NCBI GenBank assembly: GCA_958009085.1 | Contig: OY253669.1 | Coordinates: forward strand, 1,674,001-1,738,000 | Source of the DNA: Protoeuglena noctilucae | Lineage: Eukaryota | Length of the DNA: 64,000 nt | Reading direction: 5' to 3' | Part shown: piece after piece, positions 1 through 12,666 of the stretch | How positions within the stretch are numbered: position 1 is the stretch's first letter | How the letters are laid out: every line of letters starts with the position of its first letter | Notes under the pieces: generated by a model | Databases searched by the model: none | What the model saw: only the letters and a program-made list of their open reading frames with translations | What the model was told of the DNA's origin: nothing | Program-made: the position numbers and the translations under genes

Positions 1-2318
1 TGGCGGCCCGTGCCGCCGCATCCTCATCCCTGGCGTGACGAGACTGCGCCTCCCTCGCCTGCCTCCCTCGTGCCGCCAGAAACGCAAGCAAGTCCGTGGC
101 TGCCACCGCCACGTGCGCCGCCATCCGCCCCGTGGCTTCGTCCACCCAACACGGCTCGGGCATCCCGCCACCCCGGTCCTCACCCTCCTCGGTAAACGTC
201 AGCGCCAGGCCTGACAAGTCCACGCCCCCTACGGGGTCCACGCCGAGCCTCCGTGCCGCATCCACCGCGTCCACCAGCGCTCCCAGGGCAGCGTGGTACG
301 CGGGCGTGAAGGTGAGCGACTTGGGCGCCACGATCACCCTGCGCGCGATATGGACTGGGCGGGGTGCTGGCAGGTTGTCCATGCAGGCTTGGCTGACTTT
401 GACATGACAGCAGCAAAGCACGGGCTCTGTGCTGTGTCACAACGACACCCTACCAGCCGCTCACCCCAGCCCCAGCGCATCTGCTGCCCGGTCCTCCAGC
501 TTCCGAATCCGGCCCAGGCGTGCCTTGCGCAGTGCCACCTCTGCCCAGTTGACATTGCACAGGGCGTCTGCCCACGTCTCTGGCCCAGCCTGCCGCACGT
601 CCAGCCACACGGTGCCTGAGGCATCCACGCCCGCCCTGCAGCAGCAAGGAAGAGTGACAAACTTGTTCAGCTGCAAAGAGGCTCTCGTGGGCTTGAGTCC
701 AGCCATGTGACAATGCCGTGCAGCGTCGACCTGACCCCGGGAGCCCTGTGCTCAGATGGCCAATGCCGCTGCGTATGTGCCACGCCCGCACCCGTTCCCG
801 AGGGCGATGGTCTGTCCACGGAGCGCCCCAGCACCCATGCGCGTCTCGACGGCGTCCACAGCGGCCGCGAGCACCGTCAGCAGCTCCGCCTGGCGACGGG
901 GGTGCTCCCTCGCCACCTCCGTCACGCTCACGAGGACGCCCCTCGCAGTGCGGAACGCGCCCCGCATCGTCGCAATCCGGTCCCTGCGGCACGGGAGAAA
1001 GCTGATGCGGGGAATGAGACAGCCTACGGTGGGATGAGAGGTACCACCCCTGCAGCGCCCAAAGCCCTGGGCACCCGCTGGGCTACCGGCATCCTAGGCT
1101 AGGATGGTGGGTAGGCATGGTGAGCAAGCACGCTGAGCACGCATGATGCTAAGGCAACATAGCCTTCACCTTTGCGCCACGAGCTCCGCTTCCTGGCGCC
1201 TCGCCACCTCCGCGGCAGCGCGCGCAAACTCCGCGATTGGCGCGTGCGTGTCCACCTCACTGCGGCCAGGCCACGACACCGAGGCATTTGTCAAACACGC
1301 CAAATATCCAGATACAGCCAGCCAGGCAAGGTGCCAATGTCAAGAGGATGACACTCAGTGTCTGCAGAACACGCACCGCCCGAGGGCATTGTCCTCACCC
1401 CAGGTAGTCGGCTGCGAATGCCCCGAACGTGTCGGCGCCTCCGAGTGTCTTCCCCACGGCCTCCCGGGGCACCGCCCCACACGCCACCGCGAGGATGAGC
1501 AGGGCGCGGCGGGTGGAGGCAACGGGGTCACCCTCGGGGCCGACGATGGGCGCCGGCAGCTGCACCGTCAGGCGCGTCAGGCCCAGATCCTCCACCCTGC
1601 GGCAGGGGGGCAGCCGTACGCGCGCCATGGCTTCGCTTGCCCCTCACAGCGACCGTGGCTGGTTGCCTGCGAGAGTTGTCCCCCCGCCCTCCGCAGAAGC
1701 CCTCACCTGGCCTCCACGCCGGGAAGACCCTCGCCCGAATTCCTTTGCACTGTCGCGTCGTCATCGCGCGTCCTCACATAGAAGTGCAGACGCACAGGGC
1801 CCCTGTCACCGTGGGACGAGGCCCCATGCACACGCCCTCCCGTCAATCGCACGCCCGCAGCATCCAAGTAGGCCTGGAGCAGCTGCGGGGGAATGAGGCG
1901 TGGACAGCTCGGTTGCGCTGGAGGTGTAAGGCTCCCTTGATGGGCCAGGCACCCTAGCTAGGCGAGGACAATGGACAAAAAGACCACGAGAACGTGCCTG
2001 AAAGCTTTTCTGGTTCACGGCCTGCTCTGCAGGGAAGCCATGGAAGAGGTCTGGATGCACAGCTCGGAAGACGCCGCGCATCGCACGGCTCAGCTCCCGC
2101 TGGCGGGTCCCCGCGTGAGCATGGGCCTGCGACGTGCTGTAACGAGGACCAGAGCGCCAGCTGTCGAGTTTCGGTGTTGACGTATAAGACGTGGATGCCG
2201 TCGCGAGGCTCCAGACCCGAGATGCGATGGCGGTTTCCGCAAAACACTGCGTCTCCCTTGCGTGGCAGATGAGCTCATGAGACGTGGCGCCCACCGCGGC
2301 CAGGACGGCACGTCTCAT
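1..2318 (-). CDS. TCAIM-like (DUF4460/DUF4461) protein, spliced, runs off the left edge
   Basis: Spliced reading RAMRGVFRAVHPDLFHGFPAEQAVNQKSFQ|LLQAYLD...VRLHFYVR matches the DUF4460 'VHPD.F..P.E...N..S' motif; mitochondrial-type N-terminus MRRAVLAAVG; further coding exons continue to position 1. Confidence 0.7.
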
Positions 2319-2525
2319 GATGCTCGCGAGACTCAGCGCACGTCTGCCGGACCGCCGGGTGTGGCACGGCGCCATGACTTCGCCGCCACGGCATTCCGAC
2401 CTTGGTTCTGGCGCCCGGCAATCAGCTCCTGCACCTTTCGCGGGGGCGACGACGCGATGGGGAAGACACGAGAAGCTCCTGCAGCTGAGGAGGGACTTTT
2501 GCAGGTCTAGGATCGCGGGGCCTCC

Positions 2526-3176
2526 ATGGCCGCGACCAACATCACTCTGGAGTTCAGCGGCGGTCTGGAGCTCTTGTGAGGGGCCGATGCTCCTGACGCT
2601 TGCATCACGCGATAGATATGGATGTTTCAAATCGGGCAGCTTGGCTATAAAGTTGCATGGCTGGGGGAGCGTTGTGCAACACGCCCTCGCAAATGCGCTG
2701 CAGGTTTGGGGGGCAGAAGACGGCACAGGCGACTCTAGAGGGGGCAGGACTGACGCTGAGCAAGGTGAAACGCGTCACCGCGACGGCGGGTGTCAGGGCC
2801 CACGCGAGCCGTGAGTTTGGGTGCGTCGCGCGGTTCCTTCACGCTCCCGGGCCAGTTCCTCCGCAGGTGCTGGCCTGGGCGCGGGACAATTTGCTCCAGG
2901 AACGACCAGAGCTATTCATGAAAGGGGCTACAGTCAAACCAGGCATTCTGGTGGGATGCTCGGAGCGTTTTGCAGAGCGCACTGCGCGTCGGCGACTGCC
3001 CCGTGTCGCCCTTGGGCAACATGGCGCCCTCCGGCGCTCGGATATCGCATGCACCTGCTCCGTACTGCCCGCAGGTGCTGGTGAATGACGTCGATTGGGA
3101 ACTCACGGGGCGGGAGCAGACGGAGATTGGAGAAGGTGACACGGTGACGTTCATATCAACTTTGCACGGTGGCTAG
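2526..3176 (+). CDS. URM1: Ubiquitin-related modifier 1 (4 exons)
   Basis: [22 protein letters not shown]...|[40 protein letters not shown]...[10 protein letters not shown]; diagnostic C-terminal STLHGG. Confidence 0.96.
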
Positions 3177-4001
3177 CGGGTTGTTTTCAATCCCCCGCGG
3201 ATCCTGCACGCTCGATGGCCAGCGCGTGAAGCCAGCTCAGCCGCCGCCAGACACAGGCGCTCGTGTGCCAGTGCGCTCGCTGCTAGCGGTTTAATACGCG
3301 CGTGCCGCGGCGCCCGGGACGCTGTCACTCCGCGGTTACACAAGCCGCACGGACGACACTCGCGGGGAGGGGCGCCAGCGCACGGCTGGATTACCTCTTG
3401 CCCCCTCGCCCTCAGACCAGGCGGCCTTGCTTCGACCACACCCTCTGTCCTGACGCACGACTAGGCCTGCCTTCTTCGCAAGCCAATCATCGCCCTTCTC
3501 CGCTGCCCTCCTTCCCTCTGAGCGCGCTGTCACTGTCCCGATAAGCAGCAGTCGCTTGACGGATCCCGCGTGCTTGCTTCTTAACAAATTACCGCTTGCC
3601 AAGCCGGGCTTTTCCTCCAAGCCTTCCAGCGAGCCCGGATGGCGCCAAAGAAGCCCGAGGGCCGGTGAGACCCGCAGGCCGCCCGCACGCGCTCGCGCTG
3701 ATAAAAGGTACGATTTTCGGGGATCGGCGGGCTCCCGGAATTTATCCTGCCGTCGCGGGGTGGGCGGCCCTCGAGCCTGGCGAACGCGCCGCGCTCCTTG
3801 GCAGGCCCGCGCTGCATCGCACCCTCGGCAAGCTTTGTACCTGGCTCTGCGCCCAACCCCGGGTCGAGGTTGGCCGCCGCGGGGGGCGTTGTGTTTGGGG
3901 GGGGCAGCGTGGCACCGACGTGGGCTAACCACCGCCGCGATCTCGTCATGCGGCCTTAGGAGCTCCTCTTCGTTCGTCACCGCAGGGGGAAGCCCGCTGA
4001 T

Positions 4002-7000
4002 ATGCCCCCGCCCTCGCTGGAGAACGTGATGAGCCAGCTGCAGACGATGCAGCAGACGCTCGCAGCGCAGCAGGAGCTGATCCGGGCGCAGGTGCGGCGG
4101 TCGCGCGCCGCATCGCACAGTCTTGCGCATGCTCGACCTTCTCGCGCTCTGCCCCGCCGCACGGCGCGCTCCTTGACCCAGCCGTCCTCCGTGTGTGCTT
4201 CGCGCAGGCCGAGCAGCAAATTCGGCTGCTGCAGCTTCAGGCCGGCATCGGTGTCCTGCCCACGACGTCGCAGTTCCCGACCTCCGTGGCCATGGGCGCG
4301 CGGCCAGCGTTCTCGCCGGCTGCAGGCGCCCCTGGGTCCGTCGCGCAGCGCGTGTCGGGCCCCATGCCCCCGCCCGGCCCGGCCCCGCCCCCCGGCCCCG
4401 CGCCGCCTCCCGGACCGGCCCCTTCCCCCGGCACGACGCTGCCTCCCAGCGCGGCCCGGCCTCCGGGCCCGACCCCGCCCCGCGGACCGACCCCGCCCCG
4501 TGGCCCGGCCCCTCCTCCCGGCCCCGCACCGCCCCTTGGCGGTCCGAGCATCGGCCAGCCTCGGCCGCCTCGCCAGCCCCAGCCGAGCGCCGGGCTGGAC
4601 ACCATGCAGGCCCTCTTGCTCCTCCAGGGCCTGTCGTTGCCCTCGGGCCCCACCCTCCCCTCCAGCCTGCCCCCCTCGGCACTCGGCAAGCTCGCCGCCG
4701 CGGCGGGGCCCCGTCCTGTCGGCGCGCGCGGTGCCGGACGGCACGAGCCGCCCGCGGTCGCGGAGGTGCTGCGGCCCGCCATCGTCCCCAAGGCCCAGGG
4801 CACGCTGTCGGCGCCCGCGACCCCGATGGCGCCTGCGCCAGCGCAGGGAGCGACAGAGACCCCCGCCGGTGCTTCCGGCGCCTCGGTGCTGGCGTCTGCG
4901 GCACCGTCGGCTCCCGCCTCTGCCTCGGCGGCCCTGGGGCCCGCCACGCCCCCCCGCAAGCAGCCGGCGCCGGCGCGCGCGGACGCTGAGGACGAGGCGC
5001 CGCTCGCCAGCGACGCGGACCGGGAGGTCGTGGGCCCTACGCCGCCCGGCAAGCGCGAGCGCGCGATTGTAGTCTCCGTGGTGGACAAGTACGGGTTCCT
5101 GCGCTGCGAGCGCCGGGTGCACGACATCTTCTTCCACTTCACCGAGGTCGCGAACGGGCAGCCGGCGAAGGAGGGCGAGCCGCCCGTGTCCCCGGGGGAC
5201 TGCGTGGAGTGCCAGGTGCGAATGGGCGGGGACCGACGCAGTGGGGCTGCACACAGTGTGGGGTTGTGGGTATGGGACGCACCTCGTCAGGTGTGAATGC
5301 TTTGGGTCATGCGCACCCCGCCTCCCTCTTCTGCCCCGCAGATCGTGCACAACTTCAAGACAGGCAAGCTCAACGGCGTCAACGTGCACGTGCTGCCCCG
5401 CGGCATGGTGCAGCTCGACGTGCAGCTCCCGCAGACCTTCTCGGGCGTCGTGAGCCGCGGCGTCGCCAGCCGCAAGGACAAGGGCGTCATCACGATCTCT
5501 GCGGTCGAGGACGGAGCTGGGCCGACGCCCAAGGGCTGCCAGCCCGGCGCGGAGCTGTCGTTTCAGCAGAAAGAGGTCGTCCAGGGATCCAGGACCCCTC
5601 ACGACGCATCCGACGCGTCCCAGGGCCCCACGCACCTCCTGCGCACGGGCGACCGCGTGCGCTTCCTCGTCAGGCAGAGCAAGGCCACAGGTGCCTTCCG
5701 CGCCGTCCGGGTCGAGTTCGTCGGTTCGCCCGAGACGCCCAAGCCGGACCCCGGGGGCCCCGAGGAGGCAGGCATCGTCACGGTGGTCAAGGACACGTAC
5801 GGCTTCCTCCGATGCCTCGACCGGTGAGCCTAGCTGGGGTCTGATGGGGTGTTTGAGCGTGCTTTGGTGTGCCTAGTTGGGAGGGACGGTGCATGAGGTC
5901 CCCGACTCGCCATGAGTAGAGCACGCCAGACGTCAAGGGGGTTACGCAGGGCCCCATCCGCCCGTAGCCCTACGCCGCCAGCTGCGTCACCTGCGCCACC
6001 CCTAACTCTTCACCGAACATCCGCCGTCTCCATTCGCCCTTCCAGGAACAGTCGTCTCTTCTTCCACTTCTCCGCCGTGGATGGCTCCCCCAACGTCACC
6101 CCGGCCGTGGGCGACGCCCTTCGCTTCATGCGGGCCCAGGACCCTCGAACGGGGAAGGAGCTCGCCGTGCAGTGTCGCCGCGTACCCATTGACTCCCTCC
6201 CACAGGAGGTCGTCTTATCTACCAAGGTGAGGCGCTCTGCAGATTGCAATAAGGCCCGCTGCAGTGACTTGATCGGGGGTGAGGGTGGGTGCAGGGACGG
6301 GTGCTGGAGTTAGGACGGGGTGCGGAGTCAGCATGTGCTCTGTGGGGCCGTCCCGCGCGCACAATGGCCCCCCGCACACGCCGCCGCGTCCCTCGCGCGT
6401 CCCTCGCAGGCGCTGGGCCGCGTCAAGTCCCCCTCAGAGACGGCGGCGTGGCAGGCGGTGGAAGACGGGGTCATGGAGCTGGTCGAGCCGCCGGAGCTCG
6501 CGGGGCGCACGGCGGTGTTCAGCAACGCGGAGCTGCTGGACGCTGGGGGCGGGGACGGCGCGGCTGCGGCCGAGGCGCCGCCCAGCCTCGGGTCGGATTC
6601 GGCGACGTGGGTGGGCGCGCCACCCCCGCAGTCCGAGCCCCGGGGCGGCCCTCCCCCGGAGTTCCCCCTCGCGGCGGGCGACGAGGTGGAGTGCCAGGTG
6701 GTGGAGAACGCGAAGCTGGGCCTCCTGCGCTGCGTCAAGATGCAGCGGCGGTGGCTGCTGGGCCAGGTCTCGAGCCTCAAGGAGAGCTTCGGGTTCGTGG
6801 CTTGTGTCACCAAGCCCCTCGACCTCTTCTTCCACGCCTCGTACCTCGAGCCGCCCCTCGCCATGGACACCATCCAGATCGGCACCGAGGTGGAGTTCCA
6901 GGCGGGGGTGGACCCCAAGGCGAGCAATGAGCGAGGGGAGGGGAGCGGTGGGGCGCTGGGGAGCACGTGCGGTGTGCGTTCGCTGGTCGGTGTCACCGAC

Positions 7001-8411
7001 CTGCTTGGCGCCTTGACGTGGGCCTGACTGCTCGGCACGCCTCCCGCCAATTGACTCGACACCCCCGCTGCTTGGCTCAACACCTACCCCCACCGCCCCG
7101 CTCGCAGTCGGGCAAGCCCGCCGCCGTCCGCGTGCGCCCGGCCCCCCGCGGCGCCAACGCCCAGCTCTCGCGCGAGCTGTCCCCGGAGATCTTCTACGGC
7201 ATTGTGGCCGAGACCGCCCAGACGGGCCGCGCCTACGGTGGCCCGCCCGCGTCCGGCCTGCTCGAGTACGTGGACAGCAAGGGCCGCCGCGTGCGGGTGC
7301 CCTACCAGGCCAGCGCCACGGACCAGCCCCGGCAGCCGTACCGTGCGGGGGACCAGGTCTGCTTCCGCCTCGCCACCGGGGCATCCAGGGGCCGCCGCCC
7401 ACCCAAGGTCGACCGCGGCAGCTCCCTGGGCATCGCGGCGGCCGAGGTGGCGGGCAAGTACGCCGCGGAGGTCCGGTCCGTCCGCAGCCGCGTAAGGCTC
7501 CTGGCGCTCTACGACGCCACGGGAGTGTGCGAGGTGCGTTGGCTACGAGGGGTAGTCTGCGATCATGACATTTAACATGGACGACTGCGGTCATGGCAGC
7601 TGCTTGCGTTGATGCGGCTCGCACCGTCCCGACATGCCCCGCACCGACCCGGCCTTTCCTTCCTCCTCCGCAGCTCTTGATGCACGACATCGCCCTCAAG
7701 CGCCGCGCCCCGCGCGGGGGTGCGGACGCGGCGGGGGCCGAGGGCGCGGGTGACGCAAAGGCGCAGGGGACCGACGCAGCGGACGGGCCGCCGCCGACGG
7801 AGCCCGTGGGCCCCTCAGGGGAGGCCCTGGTGGGGTACATGCCCCCCGGGCGCATGCTGACCTTCCACATGTCCGAGTTCCTGCGTGGCAAGGACGGCCC
7901 TCGCCCGGGAGAGACGTACGACTGCATGATCATGACCCACCCGGCAACACGGGAGATGACCGTGCGGCGGATGAGCAAGGTCGGCGACCCGCAGCCGGGG
8001 TGGCAGGCGCCGGAGATACCCGAGGCGTTCCGCAAGGGTCAGGGGCCGGCGCCGGAGCGGCCGATCCTGCAGTTGGCCCGCAAGCAGGGGCTGGACCGGG
8101 GAAAGACCGACAGCCCGGCACGGGCGGGGGAGGGGGCGGGCGAAGGCGCGCCGACGCGCCCCGCCGTGCAGCAGCCCAAGGGACCGGACGGCACGCGGGG
8201 CTTCGCCATGGGGCGCGGGAAGGGCGCCGCTGCGGCCGCGGCTGCGCCGCTGTCCCCCCTGGCCAACGCCTTCCGCCCCGGCGGCAACTCCGCCCCGGGG
8301 AACCCCGCGCCGGCCGCACCGGCGACGGGCGACCCCCCCGCGCCCGGCTCGACGGGCCGTCCGATGGGCAGCGACGAGGCGGATGCCCAGTCCGCAGGGT
8401 CGGGCAAGTGA
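4002..8411 (+). CDS. Multi cold-shock-domain RNA-binding protein with C-terminal SUZ-C motif (CSDE1/UNR-like), spliced
   Basis: Repeated CSD RNP1/RNP2 motifs (KYGFLRCERRVHDIFFHFTEV; TYGFLRCLD..RLFFHFSAV; ESFGFVACVTKPLDLFFHASYL) and terminal QQPKGPDGTRGFAMGRGK; Pro-rich N-terminus. Confidence 0.85.
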
Positions 8412-8759
8412 GCGGGAGGCGGGAGATGTTTTGTCGCACGATGTCCTCTTTTGTGCATGGCGGTGATGTTGCATCGTGAAGTTTGCGTGCACCTGTGTAC
8501 TGGCCATGCCAAGGGCCTGCGCGAGTGGGCCCTGCTTTTTCCAGCAAGCAACTAAAACACGAAACACTGACAAACAACGAGACGGGGCGGGCTGGGCCCC
8601 AGGGAGTACGACCTAGTAGCCGCTGGGCGCCATAGCTTTGAAGAGTCCAGGGTTGCAGCGCGACAACGCTAGCGGCAACAGCGGCAACGCCACGGGCAAC
8701 TGCAACAACACTAGTGTCACTAGACGCAGAGGCCGACGCGTCCGCGCGTCTCTCCCGCC

Positions 8760-8854
8760 GGCCCCAGCCCTCACTCGGTGGGTCGGTGCGTGGAGGGCAT
8801 GTAGCTTGGCCCCAGCCCTCACTCGGTGTGTCGGTGCGTGGAGGGCATGTAGCG
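8760..8854. repeat. 48-bp tandem duplication spanning the RRP36 stop codon
   Basis: ggccccagccctcactcggtg(g/t)gtcggtgcgtggagggcatgtagc present twice, offset 48. Confidence 0.9.
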
Positions 8855-9976
8855 GTGATCCTTGGCGGCGTTGTGCTGGCGGCGCTTGGCCAGCACCTTG
8901 TCCAGCTTCCCCGTCGACTTGAGCTCCTTGTACTTCTCCACCAGCTCCAGCTGCCGCCGCACCGACTTTTTCACGTAGAAGGGCTTCTTGCCCTTGCCCA
9001 CCGCCTCCTTTTCCCGGTCCCGCAGGCCCCGCGCGACCTTCTCGCCCCGCCGCAAGTCCCGCTCGCGCGCGAGCCTCGACTCGACCCGGTTGAGCGCCGC
9101 ACGCACTTGCCTCCGCCCCTCCTCCGTCTTCTCCTCCCGCAACTGCTTGCGTAGGGGGCGTGCCTCGGCCGGGAGCGTCTCGTCGAAAATGAAGCGGTAG
9201 CGCTTGCGAAAAGCGTCCTCCGAGAACTTGCCGGACAGGGACTCGAACCGCGGGTCGCGGGCCTGCGGGCCCCCTCCCTCCAGCACGGTGCGGAAGCGGG
9301 GCACCTGCCGCTTGCTCGACATCTCCGTGGGCCGGTGCTTGTTCTCCCAGTGAAACGATCGCTGCGCCTTCTGAGAACAGGAAGCGGCGGAGCGTGGCGC
9401 GGTGGCGGCACCGTCGGCGCATAAAGGCAGCTGCCGACCCTGCAAGCGACGTGGCCCACCTTGCCCGCCCCGTCCGCGCCCTCCCCACCGTCCCCGCCGC
9501 CACGCTTCTCGCTCCTGCCTCTGGTGCCAGTTCGAGTCCGCGCCTCCGCCATCGCGCTGCTCGCCCGCCGCGCCAGCACTTCCATGGGGAGGTCGCTGGC
9601 CCCCACGTCGTCGTCGCTCATCTGCCCGTCGTCCGTCGACCCTTCAGACCCGCTTTCCTGCACCGCACGTAGCAAAGGGACCGGGACTCGATGGCAAAGG
9701 CACGACTAAAAGCCGCGCGGCGGCCCCCTAGGGCTAGGGCAGGCGCGGCACCTCGCTGGACGTGCCGTCCTCCTCCTCTGACGACCCGGAGCGACTGCTG
9801 GCGGGGACCCTGCATAGCGAAAGACATAAGGTCGCCACGAGGAGAGGCGCGCACCGTGCATCAGCGGCGTCGCGCACGCACCGTCGAGACGTCGCCCTGG
9901 GCACCTCGGCCGGGGCTTCGCCATCGCTGCTGTCCTCCGCTTCCACCATGCGCCGTGTTCGTCTCTTCTCCTTCAT
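8819..9976 (-). CDS. RRP36: rRNA biogenesis protein RRP36, spliced
   Basis: ENKHRPTEMSSKRQVPRFR...RDPRFESLSGKFSEDAFRKRYRFIFD...GKKPFYVKKS...KRRQHNAAKDHRYMP; acidic N-terminal exons from ATG 9976. Confidence 0.9.
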
Positions 9977-10230
9977 GGCCAAAGCCTGCCTCCCGCTTGG
10001 CTGCAGAGGAAGTTTGACGGCGGAAACGAGGCAGAAGGCGCAGAAACAGCCTGTCCCTAGGCCAGCAGTGTCAACCATACTTGCGGGAGGGCCCTTATAA
10101 GCCAGGGGCGGCGAGCTCTTGCAGCGTTTTCTTGCGAGGGTCTTACCCGGACAAAAACTCAGCCCTGGCGAAGAGGCGGGCTGCAATTTCAAATTTGGGC
10201 AACACGCCTTACATCGCGCAAGGGCTCGTG

Positions 10231-10952
10231 ATGCAGGCCGCGACCGCTGCCGTTTCCAGCCAGGCGCTGGCCCGGTCGACGACCGGCGCCTTTGCGAGGT
10301 GAGCCGAGGTGGCCAGGCTTCGAAAGTGCGCATTTGTGTCGAACGCGACTCGCAGCTAAGGCGCTGGAGGGACTGGCGGCCCCATCGCTGCTGGCCAGGA
10401 GTGTGGTCCTGGCCCGCGCGTCGCGGGTGGCCGCCTCCCAGGGGTGGCGGAGGGCGCGCAAGTTTTCACTATGGATGCATCGGCGAACCATCGGCCCTAT
10501 GCCCCGTCCCTGTGCCGCCTGAGCTCCCCACGGGACGTTCCCAGTGTGCAGCTTTCGCCCGCCCTCACCGGTCTGCCCCGACCGTACCTGCAGCGCCCGC
10601 ACCGTCTGCGCGCCGCGGATGGCCACGCGGACGTACGCCAAGCTTCCTCGGGGCGTTTCGAAGCCTTCCCAGGAGCCCCAGATCCGCGAACCGTGGTTTG
10701 GCTTCAACCAGGGCCCCGAGCTCCTCAACAGGTGCGCCGCGCGGCCAAGCTAGGCTTAGTGGATGGGCCTCCAAGTAAGCTCTCAGCTGCAGGTTTTTCA
10801 TTGGAGACCTCATGCGCCCACCACGCTGTGCGCGCAGCCGGGCCGCAATGATTGGCTTCTTCGCCCTCCTCCTGGTTGAGGCCGTGGCGAACAAGGGCAT
10901 CCTCGAGCTCATCGGCGTCAAGGTCGGGGGCGGGCTTGATCTCCCGTTGTAA
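10231..10952 (+). CDS. OHP1: One-helix protein 1 (LHC-like, chloroplast), 3 exons
   Basis: Transit peptide MQAATAAVSS..., then AKLPRGVSKPSQEPQIREPWFGFNQGPELLNS|RAAMIGFFALLLVEAVANKGILELIGVKVGGGLDLPL*, matching the OHP1 C-terminus. Confidence 0.92.
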
Positions 10953-11090
10953 AAACAGTCCTCTTCACACCTCTTGTTCCCTCCCCTCCATGTCCTGCCT
11001 GACTGCGTGCTCTACCAGCCTTGCAAACCACTAGACGCCCGCCGACCCGTCCTCATGTGCCACGCAATGCCCGCGGGGCCGTGTGAAGCG

Positions 11091-12276
11091 TCAAAAGTCG
11101 GAGGCTAGCAGGTCCACAGCCAGCTGGATCTTCTCGCCCGGCTTGAAGGGTGGCAGGCCCCGGTAGGGGCACGTGGCGCACCGGAACGCGTCTCCCAATG
11201 AGCAGCTGCCACACGCGGACGTGGGGTTGTTGATCTGCTCATCTGCGGGGCGGTCAAGCGGGGCACATTGCACGGACGCTCACGGGCACGACCCTCACGC
11301 CCCACTCTACCCGCGCCGTCCCATGCGACAGCAGCACCTTGTCCCGCACCTGTCAAGTTGACCTTGACGCCGGCCCCCGTCGCTTCCTCGGCCTTCTCCC
11401 GCTCGGCGCGCCCGCACGTGCAGTTCTTGCAGGCTTTGCGCTTGGTGGCACAGCCGTCTGCCACTGCCCCAACCTGGGGCCGCTGGAGGTCCTCCGGCAG
11501 CAGCAGCGTCTCGTCGTCGATCAGGTCGTCGTCCCCGTTGCTCGCGAGGAACGGGTTGGCCGCCCGTGGAGCCGCGGTCGAAGCTGAGGGGGCCACCGCA
11601 TCGACCGCACCGGGAGCGTATCCCGCCTTCTTCGCCCTCGCCACGCTGCGGGGACGGAGATCATCAACAGGATGTGTCGCGCTCTGCAAGCGCTTGATAC
11701 GCCGGATCAGGCGGCAGCGGGGGACGGGGCAGCTCACCCAAGGACGGAGCCGTCCGGAGCCCCGAGCGCCGCGTCCTCCACCGTCGCACCCACGTAGCCG
11801 GCCATGACGAGACATCGCTTCAGCTTCGAGGAGTCTGTTGCGCGCTCAATTACCACGACGGAAGCCCCCGGGGACGCCACGCGCGCGAACTGAGCCAGCA
11901 CGCCCGTCGTGAGGGCCCCTGCGCGGCGCGGGAATGGCGGGCTGGTTCTCCGGCCGCCGCGTGCGCTTCGTGCATATACTAGGTGCTCTCGCGGCGCGGA
12001 AGCGTGTGCTCACCTGACTCCTCGGAGACGAACACGACCGTCTCAAACGTGGCGCTGTTTGGCGCGCCGCCGGGGCCGCCTGCGGAATCAGAGTCGCAGA
12101 AGATGATGTCAGATAATGGAATGAATGTATCTGAATACGTAGCATACGAAAGAAGAAACCCACGACTTGCCTGTAATCACCGCAACCTTGTCCAGCGACA
12201 GCCCGCAATGCTGCAGCACTCGGGCGAGCATCGCCCCGTGCATCGCGGGGCCCACCGCGCAGATGGCGGCCTCCAT
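11091..12276 (-). CDS. DRE2: Anamorsin / Dre2 Fe-S cluster assembly protein, spliced
   Basis: [15 protein letters not shown]...[14 protein letters not shown] and [31 protein letters not shown]; start 12276 or 12285. Confidence 0.93.
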
Positions 12277-12666
12277 ATCGCGCATACGCTCGGTCCAAGC
12301 GGGGGACCCCTCGGTAAAAAAGGGTAGCCGGCAAGTTCGGACAAGGGGGGCTTCTCACAGCGGGTTCCGCGCGAACACGTGCTAGCGAGACCTCAAACAG
12401 CCTGGTTGGTGGAACGGGAAGTGTGGGCAGCGGGTCCTCCAGGAGATTGAGAGCCGGGAAAAACCGCCGTGTCAGAATGACCGTGTGAGTGGCACGAGGG
12501 CCCCGCGAGCCACGACCTTCCCGAGCCCATCTGGCGAGGACAGTCGCGAGCGAGTGCCCACCGGACGGGCGTCGCTCGGAGCGGCCCGGAGCAGTCTCCG
12601 GCGCGAGTCCCCATTTCGAACATCGCAGACAAGCTCCGTCTCGACCTGTGGTCCGCGCGGCTCGCC

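Noticed and set aside
3336..5635. Long Arg/Gly/Pro-rich ORFs antisense to real genes (also 14388-16049, 21855-23195, 24867-26402 and 45263-46891)
   Set aside because: Expected from stop-codon scarcity at very high GC; no recognisable motifs; they overlap better-supported genes.
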